NCBI GenBank assembly: GCA_951813515.1
Contig: OX638346.1
Coordinates: 735,617 to 799,616, forward strand
Source: an uncultured Pseudomonadales bacterium
Lineage (GTDB): Bacteria > Pseudomonadota > Gammaproteobacteria > Pseudomonadales > Azotimanducaceae
DNA: 64,000 nt
Reading direction: 5' to 3'
The notes under the pieces were generated by a model. That model was not told the origin of the DNA. It worked only from the letters and a program-made list of their open reading frames with translations, and searched no databases. Of this stretch, positions 54,751 through 63,811 are shown piece after piece. The position numbers were made by a program, and so were the translations under genes. Numbering within the stretch: the stretch's first letter is position 1; each line of letters opens with the position of its first letter.

Positions 54751-56952
54751 ATGTTCCGAGCAATCGCAATCGTCTCGGCGCTGACACTCAATGTCGCTGC
54801 CGATGCGTCCATACCAGGATTCACGGAGGCCGGCGCAGACGATCAACGCCGCCTTGAAGCGACTTTCGACAGCCACCTCGACGCATCCGACCTGCGTACC
54901 TGGATGCACGAGTTGGCCGGAGAACCCCATCACGTCGGGTCCAGTCACGGGCAGCGCAATGTCGAGACCATGAAGCGCCTCTTCAGCGAGTGGGGATACG
55001 ACACCGAAGTCGCGAGCTACGAGGTGCTGTTCCCGGTTCCAAGAACACGGCACCTGGAGATGATCGAACCGCACGCCTTCACGGCTTCCCTGGTGGAACG
55101 CGCCGTTCCCGGGGATGAGAGCAGCGCGTCGCCGGACGTGCTGCCCCCCTACAACGCCTATTCGCCCGACGGCGATGTCACCGGTCAGCTCGTGTATGTG
55201 AACTACGGCCTGCTGGAAGACTACGAGCAGCTTGAGCGCTACGGCATCGATGTCGCGGGGAAGATTGTGATCGTCCGCTACGGCTACGCCTTCCGCGCCA
55301 TCAAGCCAAAACTCGCCGCCGAACGCGGCGCAATCGGCTGCCTCATCTATTCCGACCCGAGCGACGACGGCTATGTCCTCGGCGAGGCGTACCCGGAAGG
55401 CCCGTTCAAAAACGACAGCGCGGTGCAGCGCGGCTCGATCAAGTACACGCCCCTCTATGGTGGCGATCCGCTGACGCCGGGCTGGGCTGCCACCGCCGGC
55501 GCCAAACGGCTCGACATAGAGGAGTCGAAATCGCTTGCGACGATCCCGACGCTGCCCATCAGCCATGGCGATGCGCTGCCGCTACTCGATGCCATCGAAG
55601 GCCCGATCGCGCCGCCGGAGTGGCGCGGCGGACTGCCCATCACCTACCGTATCGGACCCGGACCGGCCACGGTGCGCCTGCAGCTCAAGTTCGACTGGAA
55701 TACCGTCACCGCGCAGAACGTCATTGCGACGCGCCAGGGGGCGGTGTGGCCGGACCAGTGGGTGATCCGGGGCAACCACCACGACGCCTGGAACCACGGC
55801 GCGCGCGATCCCGTTTCCGGCCTGGTATCCATGCTCGCGGAAGCGAAAGCGATCTCCGAACTCCCCGAGGCACCAGCGCGAACCATCATCTTCGCCGCCT
55901 GGGACGCGGAAGAACAGGGTCTCATGGGCTCAGCGGAATGGGTGGAAGAGCACCGCGAAGAACTCGCCGAGAAGGCTGTGCTCTACACCAACACGGACGG
56001 GATGGCGCGGGGTTTCGTGCGTATTGGCGGCAGTCACGCCCTGGAGAAGTTCTTCGACGCCGTGCAACGCGACGTGATCGATCCGCAAACCGGGTGGTCC
56101 GTGGGCGAGCGCAACCGCGCCCGCATTCGCGCCAACGGTGATGAAACAGCCATCGAGGCTTTGGACGAAGGCGGAAGGCTGCGTCTGTCCGCACTCGGGT
56201 CCGGCTCGGACTACACGGCGTTCCTGCATCACGCGGGCATCACCACTGCCAACGTGTCGGTGGGCGGCGAAGGCCAGGGCGGCACTTACCACACGCTCTA
56301 CGACACGGTGGAGCACTACGAACGTTTCGTCGACCCAGGCTACGTCTACGGCGTGGTCATGGCCCAGGTCACCGGCCGCGCGACCCTGCGGATGGCCAAC
56401 GCTCCGTTGCTGCCGTTCGATTTCTCGAGTCTCCTCGAGACGGTGCGCGGCTACGTGACGGACCTCGAGGCCCTCGCCGATGCCGAGCGACAGGACGTCG
56501 TGCGGGTCAACCGCCTGATCGAAAGCGGTGCGTTCGCGGCGGCGCTCGATCCCACCAAGGCATTGGGCCCGCCCGCGAGGCGACCGGGCGTTCCCCATTT
56601 CAACTTCGCGCCGATACACAACGCCCTGGCCAGCGTGGAACGGGCACTCCACGGCTACGCTGTCACGCCGGATCTCGACGATGGGGTCCTGGGCGAAATC
56701 AATCGGCTGCTATTCACCAGCGAACGCCTGCTGACCCGCGAGGAGGGCTTGCCGCGCCGGTCCTGGTACCGCCACCAGATCTACGCTCCCGGTTTCTATA
56801 CGGGCTATGGCGCGAAGACACTGCCCTGGATTCGCGAAGCCATGGAGCACCGGCAGTACGAGCAGGTGCCGCAAGGCGTGGAAGCGGTGGCTTCGACGTT
56901 GAAAGCGTTGGCCGCCCGCATCGAGGACATCAAGGCACTGGCAGGACAGTGA
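54751..56952 (+). CDS. M28 family peptidase, glutamate carboxypeptidase II (PSMA)-like with TfR-type dimerisation domain
   Basis: Signal peptide MFRAIAIVSALTLNVAA. PA domain YVNYGLLEDYEQLERYGIDVAGKIVIVRYG. Zinc-site region IIFAAWDAEEQGLMGSAEWVEEH and GSGSDYTAFLHHAGI. C-terminal RSWYRHQIYAPGFYTGYGAKTLPWIREAM. Confidence 0.8.
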   Translation: MFRAIAIVSALTLNVAADASIPGFTEAGADDQRRLEATFDSHLDASDLRTWMHELAGEPHHVGSSHGQRNVETMKRLFSEWGYDTEVASYEVLFPVPRTRHLEMIEPHAFTASLVERAVPGDESSASPDVLPPYNAYSPDGDVTGQLVYVNYGLLEDYEQLERYGIDVAGKIVIVRYGYAFRAIKPKLAAERGAIGCLIYSDPSDDGYVLGEAYPEGPFKNDSAVQRGSIKYTPLYGGDPLTPGWAATAGAKRLDIEESKSLATIPTLPISHGDALPLLDAIEGPIAPPEWRGGLPITYRIGPGPATVRLQLKFDWNTVTAQNVIATRQGAVWPDQWVIRGNHHDAWNHGARDPVSGLVSMLAEAKAISELPEAPARTIIFAAWDAEEQGLMGSAEWVEEHREELAEKAVLYTNTDGMARGFVRIGGSHALEKFFDAVQRDVIDPQTGWSVGERNRARIRANGDETAIEALDEGGRLRLSALGSGSDYTAFLHHAGITTANVSVGGEGQGGTYHTLYDTVEHYERFVDPGYVYGVVMAQVTGRATLRMANAPLLPFDFSSLLETVRGYVTDLEALADAERQDVVRVNRLIESGAFAAALDPTKALGPPARRPGVPHFNFAPIHNALASVERALHGYAVTPDLDDGVLGEINRLLFTSERLLTREEGLPRRSWYRHQIYAPGFYTGYGAKTLPWIREAMEHRQYEQVPQGVEAVASTLKALAARIEDIKALAGQ

Positions 56953-57716
56953 AGGCGCCACCCGAGCATGCGCGCCGCAACCGTGACGCCTGGCAGCAGT
57001 TCGCCGCACGCTACGCGGAGTCCGGCCGCGCCGCCTGGGCCAGCACCGATCCTTATTGGGGAATCTGGAAGCTGCCGGAACGGGACCTGCAGTTGCTGCC
57101 GGACGACCTGACTGGCAAACGATGCCTCGAGATCGGGTGCGGCACCGCCTACGTGAGCGCCTGGATGGCACGGCGAGGCGGTCGGGTCATCGGTATCGAC
57201 CCGACGCCGAACCAGCTCGCCACGGCGAGTGAATTGCGCGCCCGGCACGGACTGCCCTTATCGCTGGTGGAGGGTATCGGCGAAAGACTGCCGTTCAGCG
57301 ACGACAGTTTCGATTTCGCGATCTCGGAATACGGCGCCGCGCTCTGGGCCGATCCCCTGCGCTGGGTTCCGGAAGCCGCGCGGGTGCTTCGACCCGGCGG
57401 GCAACTCGTGTTCATGACCAATGCCAGCTTTGCCATAGCGTGCATGCCCGATGCCGAGAACGAGAAGACGACGGCGGCATTGCAACGCCCCTACCTCGGC
57501 CTCTACAGCGTCGAGTGGCCAGACGGCGACGAAGTCGAGTTCTACCTGACCCACGGGCAGTGGATCGAGCTGCTGACCGACAACGGTTTCGTCGTGGAAC
57601 GGCTGTTGGAACTCGGCGCACCGGTCGGTGCCCAGACGAGCATTGCCTGGGCGGATGCCGACTGGGCGCAGTCCTGGCCTTCGGAGGAAGTGTGGTTCGC
57701 GCGCTACCGGGCCTGA
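56949..57716 (+). CDS. class I SAM-dependent methyltransferase
   Basis: Motif I RCLEIGCGTAYVSAWMARRG, GRVIGIDPTPNQL, and post-I LPFSDDSFDFAIS. The GTG overlaps the upstream stop. Confidence 0.8.
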   Translation: MKAPPEHARRNRDAWQQFAARYAESGRAAWASTDPYWGIWKLPERDLQLLPDDLTGKRCLEIGCGTAYVSAWMARRGGRVIGIDPTPNQLATASELRARHGLPLSLVEGIGERLPFSDDSFDFAISEYGAALWADPLRWVPEAARVLRPGGQLVFMTNASFAIACMPDAENEKTTAALQRPYLGLYSVEWPDGDEVEFYLTHGQWIELLTDNGFVVERLLELGAPVGAQTSIAWADADWAQSWPSEEVWFARYRA

Positions 57717-60634
57717 CAGATACGCAAACACCAAGCGTCGTAGCTGTGTCTATCGCGCTCGCGATGCTGGTGTCCTGGCCGAATTCGGCGGCACAGGCCG
57801 ACGACGAACCCGCGTTCGACGAGGAGATCGTTGTCACCGGCTCCCGTATCCGACGCGACCCGCTCGATGCGCGTGACTCCGTGCTCAACATGGACGCGGA
57901 CGATCGAGACCGCTCCGGCATCACGTCCCTCGGAGACATGCTGGCGCGGCTTTCCGTATCGGGTTCGCCCCTGACCACGCGGTTCAACAGCAGCGGCAAT
58001 TTCGGGTTTCCGGCGGACGGCGGCGGCGTGGCGGCCGGCGCTGCGCAGGTCGACCTGCGGCATCTCGGATCGAAACGCGTGCTGGTCCTGGTGGATGGCG
58101 TGCGCTGGGTGAACGGTTCATCGGGAAGCGGCGTTTCGGGTGCCACGGACCTCAATACGATTCCGGCTAGCGTCATCGAACGCGTGGAAGTACTGCGCGA
58201 CGGCGCTTCGGCGATCTACGGCTCCGACGCCATCGCCGGCGTGGTGAATGTCATCACGCGCAGGACCAACGGCTTTGCGGCGAGCGTTTACGGCGGCGGG
58301 TACGACGCCGGAGGAGAGACGAGCGACATCGAGGTGTCCCTCGGCGGCGAACGCGGCTTCACCTCCGCTTCAGTTCACTTGAGCCACACCGACCAGAAGC
58401 GCGTGAGCGCCGCCGATCACGAGCTTACGCGCTGGCCCAAGCCCGGCACCGGGGTCACCCACGGCAGCACTTTCACACCCCAGGGACGCATCATCTTCAC
58501 CGACCCGAATACGGATACGTTCGTCAACTGCGCCCTGAACGACGGTGTGTCCGGCATCCCCGTCTACGATCCGGCCGACCCGTGCGGGCCGGACGATGAC
58601 TACCATCCGTGGACCAATGCCGACCGGTTCAACTACTCGCCCTACAACCTGGCCCTCACTCCCTCGAAACGCACCGGAGCCTTCGCGCGTCTGGAGCACG
58701 ACCCATCGGACAGACTCCGCATCTACGCCCGGGCGTTCCTCAACCGACGCGAGTCGGTCAACCAGGCAGCGCCCGAACCGGTCTGGGCGGGAACGCTGGC
58801 TGAATCCGGCAGCGTCATGGATGCCATCGTGATCGATGCGGCCAACCCATACAATCCGTTCGGTTTTGATGTCGGATCAGGTGCCTTCGTCACAAGGAGG
58901 CCATTGGAAAGCGGCCCGCGGATTTTCCGCCAGGACGTGGCAACCCACTACGTCGCGGCGGGGACCCAGGGAGAGCAGACGGTGTTTCGGCGCCCGCTCT
59001 ACTGGGACGCCAATCTCGTGTGGTCGCGCAATGCCGCGGATCAGACCAAGCACGGCGCCCACAACGCCCGCAAGATGCTGCAAGCCCTCGGACCCCCGGA
59101 TGCATGCACAAGAATCCCCGGCTGCGTCCCGCTCAACCTGCTGGGAGGACAAGGAGAAGGCCGCGGCACGATCACGCCCGAGATGCTGGACTGGATCGGT
59201 TTCGTGCAGCGCGATTCCAGCGAACAGGCGCTCAAGAGCCTTACCTTCAATGTCACGGGAGATCTGGCGGCGTTGCCGGCAGGGGCGCTGGGATTCGCGG
59301 CCGGCATCGAACGTCGTTTGCAGAATGGCAGTTTTGATCCCGATCCCGTCGTGTCGGCCGGAGATACCGCAGGTCTGCCGGCACAACCCACGGCGGGCGG
59401 ATTCCGCGTGACCGAGTGGTACCTGGAAATGGAGGCGCCGCTGGTTTCCGGCGCCAGTGGAGCGGACCTGATCGACGTCTCGGCAGCGATCCGGTACTTC
59501 GACTACAGCACGTTCGACAGTGGCAACACCGCCAAGATCGGCATGCGCTGGCGACCGACGCCCCGCCTGCTGTTTCGAGCCACCTGGACCGAGGGTTTCC
59601 GCGCGCCAAACATCGGTGAACTGTTCGGCGGTCTCACCCGCCTCGATGCCGTCATCTCGGACCCATGCGCAGGTTTTCTGGCCACCAACGTCGGCCAGAA
59701 TGTCATCGACAACTGCATCGCTGCGGGCGTCCCGGCCGACGGCAGCTACACGCAGCTAGGCTCGCAGATCAGCGTCCTCACCGGCGGCAATGAACTGCTC
59801 GAACCAGAGACATCCGAGAGCGTCACTCTCTCGCTCGCCTGGCGGCCTGGATGGGCGCTGGACCTGGATTGGATCGAAGACCTCCGATTCGAACTCACCC
59901 ACTACGACCACGAGGTCGACAATGCCATCACGGGGTACGACGCCCAAGCCATGCTCGATGGCTGCTATCGCGATCGCGTGGACGTCTTCTGCCGGCTCAT
60001 CCAGCGCAACGACCGGGGCGGGATCGCCGGATTCCGCAACACGCTTTTCAACGTCGGGGCGATACAGACCAACGGCTGGGACTTCGGCATTACTCTTGGC
60101 GCGCCGTCGGGGTGGCGGCTGCAATGGCATGGCACTTACCTGGCGGAATACTCGGAACTACTGAAAGACACCGAAGGCACGGTCATCGAAACGCGGTCTC
60201 TTGCGGGCCAGACGCAAGCGGACCGCGGCAAACCCGCGTGGAAGTCGACGCTCGCCGCGGACTGGACCCGCGCAAGGTGGAACGCGTCCTGGACCGTCCG
60301 CTACATACACGGCATGGCAGAGCGGTGCTCCGACTTCCTGGACGGAACCCCGGACAGCCTGACGAACCTCGGCCTCTGCTCGATGCCCGACCACCAGGAC
60401 AACACGGCCTCGCGAAACCACCTGGCCAGCACGACCTACCACGATGCCCAGACGACCTACACCTTGCCGCGACCCAACGCCGATGTCGTCCTCGCCCTGG
60501 GCGTGAACAACTTGCTCGACCGCGACCCTCCGGCAAGCCAGAGCGCTTCAATCAACGGCTACGACGCTTCCGTCTACGACATACCGGGCGGCCGCTTCGT
60601 CTACTTTCGCGTGTCTTACGCTACCGACCGGTAG
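57692..60634 (+). CDS. TonB-dependent receptor
   Basis: Plug region EEIVVTGSRIRRDPLD and NTIPASVIERVEVLRDGASAIYGSDAIAGVVNVITR, followed by a long beta-barrel. The start is uncertain: GTG at 57692 after GGAGG gives signal peptide MVRALPGLTDTQTPSVVAVSIALAMLVSWPNSAAQA, and GTG at 57746 is also possible. Confidence 0.85.
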   Translation: MVRALPGLTDTQTPSVVAVSIALAMLVSWPNSAAQADDEPAFDEEIVVTGSRIRRDPLDARDSVLNMDADDRDRSGITSLGDMLARLSVSGSPLTTRFNSSGNFGFPADGGGVAAGAAQVDLRHLGSKRVLVLVDGVRWVNGSSGSGVSGATDLNTIPASVIERVEVLRDGASAIYGSDAIAGVVNVITRRTNGFAASVYGGGYDAGGETSDIEVSLGGERGFTSASVHLSHTDQKRVSAADHELTRWPKPGTGVTHGSTFTPQGRIIFTDPNTDTFVNCALNDGVSGIPVYDPADPCGPDDDYHPWTNADRFNYSPYNLALTPSKRTGAFARLEHDPSDRLRIYARAFLNRRESVNQAAPEPVWAGTLAESGSVMDAIVIDAANPYNPFGFDVGSGAFVTRRPLESGPRIFRQDVATHYVAAGTQGEQTVFRRPLYWDANLVWSRNAADQTKHGAHNARKMLQALGPPDACTRIPGCVPLNLLGGQGEGRGTITPEMLDWIGFVQRDSSEQALKSLTFNVTGDLAALPAGALGFAAGIERRLQNGSFDPDPVVSAGDTAGLPAQPTAGGFRVTEWYLEMEAPLVSGASGADLIDVSAAIRYFDYSTFDSGNTAKIGMRWRPTPRLLFRATWTEGFRAPNIGELFGGLTRLDAVISDPCAGFLATNVGQNVIDNCIAAGVPADGSYTQLGSQISVLTGGNELLEPETSESVTLSLAWRPGWALDLDWIEDLRFELTHYDHEVDNAITGYDAQAMLDGCYRDRVDVFCRLIQRNDRGGIAGFRNTLFNVGAIQTNGWDFGITLGAPSGWRLQWHGTYLAEYSELLKDTEGTVIETRSLAGQTQADRGKPAWKSTLAADWTRARWNASWTVRYIHGMAERCSDFLDGTPDSLTNLGLCSMPDHQDNTASRNHLASTTYHDAQTTYTLPRPNADVVLALGVNNLLDRDPPASQSASINGYDASVYDIPGGRFVYFRVSYATDR

Positions 60635-60739
60635 GCCTGTGTCTGACGTCATCATTGCCGCTGTCGTCCTGTCTCTTCCCTTCGACGTCGTGAGCACCAT
60701 GGCGCCCTCGCGGGATTCTGAAGCGGGACGCGTCAACTG

Positions 60740-62008
60740 ATGCCGGAACCAGAACGCACAACTTCGTATCCGGCGGAACCCGGCAACCGGGCTACCGTCC
60801 TGTCCGTGATGCGCGGTATAGCGCTGCCCGTCTACCTGCCATCTTTTTTCTCGGCGATCGCACAGAACGCCATGCAGATCATGCTGCCGCTCTACGCCCT
60901 CGAAATCGGCGGCGGCCCCGCGTTTGCCGCCACGGTTGTGGGACTGCGTGGCGCCGGAACGATGCTGATGGATGTACCCGCCGGCATGCTGGTGACCCGC
61001 ATCGGCGACCGCGGCGTCATGATCCTGGGGCTCGTGACCGCGACGGTAGCAACCTTCCTTGCGGCAGCCGCGACCGAAGTCACCCTGCTGTCCTTCGCCG
61101 CGCTCGGTTTCGGCGCCGGTGCCGGCATCTGGGTGCTCGGCAGGGTCACGTTCATCACAGACACGGTGCGCCTCGAGCAGCGCGGCCGCGTGATTTCCGT
61201 GATGGCGGGCATGCAACGCGCCGGCGCGTTCGTCGGTCCCGTGATTGCGGGTGTCGGCGCCGACTTGATCGGGTATCGCGCCGTTTTCGTTGGCGCGGGC
61301 GTCCTGTGGGCGATTTCCCTCGTGATCGTGATGATCTTCGCGACTAACGCCAGGCCTGCCGAAGGACTCGAGCGTGCCCGCCTCGCACACATCGTGTGGA
61401 CACACAAGCGGACGTTCGCAACGGCGGGAAGCGTCATGGTCGTGCTGATGTTCCTGCGAACCGGCGTTCGGCTGATGATTCCGCTCGTCGGTGCCGAGAT
61501 GGGGTTCTCCGCCGCCGAAATCGGATTGGCATACAGCCTTTCCTCCGCAGTCGACATGGCCATGTTCTATCCCGCGGGCATGATCATTGACCTGGCGGGC
61601 CGCAGGTGGGCATTGGGGCCCGCCATGCTGCTGCTGGGGATCGGCGTCGCCGCCCTTCCCTTCGCCGGCAGCTTCTGGGCCTTCACTGCCGCAGGGCTCT
61701 TGGCCGGGCTCGGCAACGGTTTCGGCACCGGTATCTTCATGACCCTCGGCGGCGACCTGTCGCCCGCGCAGGGACGCGGCGAATTCCTCGGCGTCTGGCG
61801 ATTGGTGGGCGACGCGGGCGCGGCAGTGGGACCTTTCATCATGGGGCCATTGGCGCAATGGACGTCGATGGCCATCGCCTGCACATCCACCGGCGGCATG
61901 GCCCTCGTGGGCATCTGTTTGCTGATAGTCTTCGTGCCCGAAACGCTCCGCCGGCAATCGGCGATCACCTTGGCACGACGCGAAGAACGAAAGGACTCGG
62001 GAAGATGA
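60740..62008 (+). CDS. MFS transporter
   Basis: 422 aa, about 12 TM helices, with MFS loop motifs such as GMLVTRIGDRG and GMIIDLAGRRW. Confidence 0.85.
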   Translation: MPEPERTTSYPAEPGNRATVLSVMRGIALPVYLPSFFSAIAQNAMQIMLPLYALEIGGGPAFAATVVGLRGAGTMLMDVPAGMLVTRIGDRGVMILGLVTATVATFLAAAATEVTLLSFAALGFGAGAGIWVLGRVTFITDTVRLEQRGRVISVMAGMQRAGAFVGPVIAGVGADLIGYRAVFVGAGVLWAISLVIVMIFATNARPAEGLERARLAHIVWTHKRTFATAGSVMVVLMFLRTGVRLMIPLVGAEMGFSAAEIGLAYSLSSAVDMAMFYPAGMIIDLAGRRWALGPAMLLLGIGVAALPFAGSFWAFTAAGLLAGLGNGFGTGIFMTLGGDLSPAQGRGEFLGVWRLVGDAGAAVGPFIMGPLAQWTSMAIACTSTGGMALVGICLLIVFVPETLRRQSAITLARREERKDSGR

Positions 62009-63054
62009 ATGGCAATCCTACGACGATACGAGACGGCCTGGCGTTCGGCCTGAACCGACTTGACCACCGATCGCCCCTGCGATTCGCCGCAGACGCAGCG
62101 CGACTCGAAGGTCTGGGTTGGCGCTACGGTTTCCTCGCTTCGTCACCGCTCCTGGTGCAGGACCCGTACGTGTTGCTCGCGCACGCCTTGCGGGAGACGC
62201 GCTCCATCATCCTTGGCACGCTGATAGAAAACCCCGTGATGCGCCATCCCGCAGTCATCGCCGGATCTGTCTCGACAATCGAAAGGCTGGATCCGGGGCG
62301 CATGATATTGGGGATGGGCGTGGGCGACACTGCGGTCCGCCTCATGGGCCGGCGACCCGCCACCGTGGCGTCATTCGAAGAAGCGATCGTCACCATTCGA
62401 TCGCTCACTGCCGGCGAGGAGTTGGCCGTCGACGCCCCCCGGCCCGCCGTGCTCCGCCATGCCGCGCGTGTGCCCGTCTGGGTAGCCACGCAAGGGCCCA
62501 GGACATTGCGCATGGCGGGCCGCGTGGCGGACGGCGTCTTTATCCGGGTCGGCGTTCACGAAACGAACCTGCGGCAAGCCGTCGCGCATGTTCACGCAGG
62601 CGCCGCGGAGGCCGGTCGAGACCCGAAGGAGATTCGCATCGGCTGCGTCTTCCACACCATCGCCGACGACAATACCGAGCGCGTGGGACGCATTGGTCGC
62701 GCCGCCGCCGCCGGATACTACGAGTACTCGCCGGTGCTGTTCGAAGACATCGGTCTGCCCTGGACCGGCGAAGACGTCGCCATCCTGAAACGGCGCGTCT
62801 GGCCGGACTTCCACCACGCCCAGGATCTCGAAGCCGCCGGCGACGTGGTTTCATTCCTTCCGGATGCCGCTGTCGACGCGTTCGTGCTGCACGGCTCCTT
62901 CGAAGCGATCACGGACCAGATCAAGACCATTCTCGGGTACGGCCTGCCCATAGAAATCATCGTGCCGCACCCGATGCCGACGCCGTTCCCGATTTCGGAA
63001 GGCGGCTATGACTACGCGCGAAGGTTCGCGGAGGAAGTGTTTCCGGCCTTCTGA
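62005..63054 (+). CDS. LLM class F420-dependent oxidoreductase
   Basis: MNGNPTTIRDGLAFGL...ILGTLIENPVMRHPAVIAGSVSTIERLDPGRMILGMGVGD. The ATG overlaps the MFS stop (ATGA). The upstream part of the track ORF from 61606 is a shadow over the MFS gene. Confidence 0.85.
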   Translation: MNGNPTTIRDGLAFGLNRLDHRSPLRFAADAARLEGLGWRYGFLASSPLLVQDPYVLLAHALRETRSIILGTLIENPVMRHPAVIAGSVSTIERLDPGRMILGMGVGDTAVRLMGRRPATVASFEEAIVTIRSLTAGEELAVDAPRPAVLRHAARVPVWVATQGPRTLRMAGRVADGVFIRVGVHETNLRQAVAHVHAGAAEAGRDPKEIRIGCVFHTIADDNTERVGRIGRAAAAGYYEYSPVLFEDIGLPWTGEDVAILKRRVWPDFHHAQDLEAAGDVVSFLPDAAVDAFVLHGSFEAITDQIKTILGYGLPIEIIVPHPMPTPFPISEGGYDYARRFAEEVFPAF

Positions 63055-63130
63055 TGCGGATGCGGCCGAAGCTATCCTCCGGGAACGCTTTCCCTGTATC
63101 CTTCATGGAGAGACTTGCGGGAGGATTCCA

Positions 63131-63595
63131 ATGATCGAAGTCGGCGCCAGTGCCCCGGACTTCACCCTCAGAAGCCATGCGGGCGAGGAGATATCGCTCG
63201 GTCAGTTCAAGGGTGAAAAGTGGGTCGTATTGCACACGTTTCCCCTGGCCTTCACCGGCGGCTGAAGCAGCCAGACCACCAATTTCAACCGTGCGTTGAA
63301 TCAATTTACCAATGCTGGCGCTGCGCTCATGGGCTTGAGCGTGGATTCCGGCCCGGCCCTGAACGCCTGGTCCACTTCCATGGGCGGCATGCGGCACCCG
63401 TTGCTGGCGGACTTCTGGCCCCACGGCGGCGTCGCAAGTTCCCTCGGGATTTTCAATGAGTCGGCGGGCATCGTGAACCGCGCGCTGATCATCATCGATC
63501 CTGAAGGCGTCGTGCGACATACGGAACTCCACCAGGGCACGCTGCCTGACCCTGCGGCGGCGGTGGCTAAACTGGCGGAACTACAGGCAGCCTGA
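63131..63595 (+). CDS. AhpE-like 1-Cys peroxiredoxin with in-frame TGA (probable selenocysteine) at codon 45
   Basis: Track ORFs 63008..63265 and 63296..63595 are in the same frame and are separated only by TGA at 63263..63265. The joined product is MIEVGASAPDFTLRSHAGEEISLGQFKGEKWVVLHTFPLAFTGG[U]SSQTTNFNRALNQFTNAGAALMGLSVDSGPALNAWS...LLADFWPHGGVASSLGIFNESAGIVNRALIIIDPEGVV. The PxxxTxxC motif reads P-L-A-F-T-G-G-U. RBS GGGAGGA lies 6 nt before the ATG at 63131. Confidence 0.75.
63281..63306 (+). promoter_or_regulatory. putative bacterial SECIS-like hairpin
   Basis: AAT-TTCAAC-cgugc-GTTGAA-(tca)-ATT: a 6-bp perfect stem plus a 3-bp extension across a 3-nt bulge. The apical loop contains GU 28 nt downstream of the UGA. 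Confidence 0.45.
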
Positions 63596-63811
63596 CTCGC
63601 GGGTCAACCTCGCAACGCGTCGACTCAACGAACGTCTCCTTGAGAGCGCGGCTAGAACAGCCGCGCCTCCAAGGACAGCTTGGTATTCCGGCCCGGCTGA
63701 TTGATCGATGGACAGGCGCGCGCCGCCGAGGCGCAGATGCCCCTCCAAGTGGATGCAGACAAGCGAGCCAAACTACAATTCCAACCACATTCCCTGGCGT
63801 CACGAGCATTC

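Noticed and set aside
60548-61957. 469-aa minus-strand ORF
   Set aside because: It is antisense to the MFS transporter. The product is His/Gly/Arg/Asp-rich and not protein-like.
63008-63595. Reading 63008..63265 and 63296..63595 as two independent small genes
   Set aside because: They share a frame, the second lacks an RBS, and together they reconstitute one full-length AhpE-like peroxiredoxin with the TGA at the catalytic residue. A single recoded (or, less likely, inactivated) gene explains the data better.
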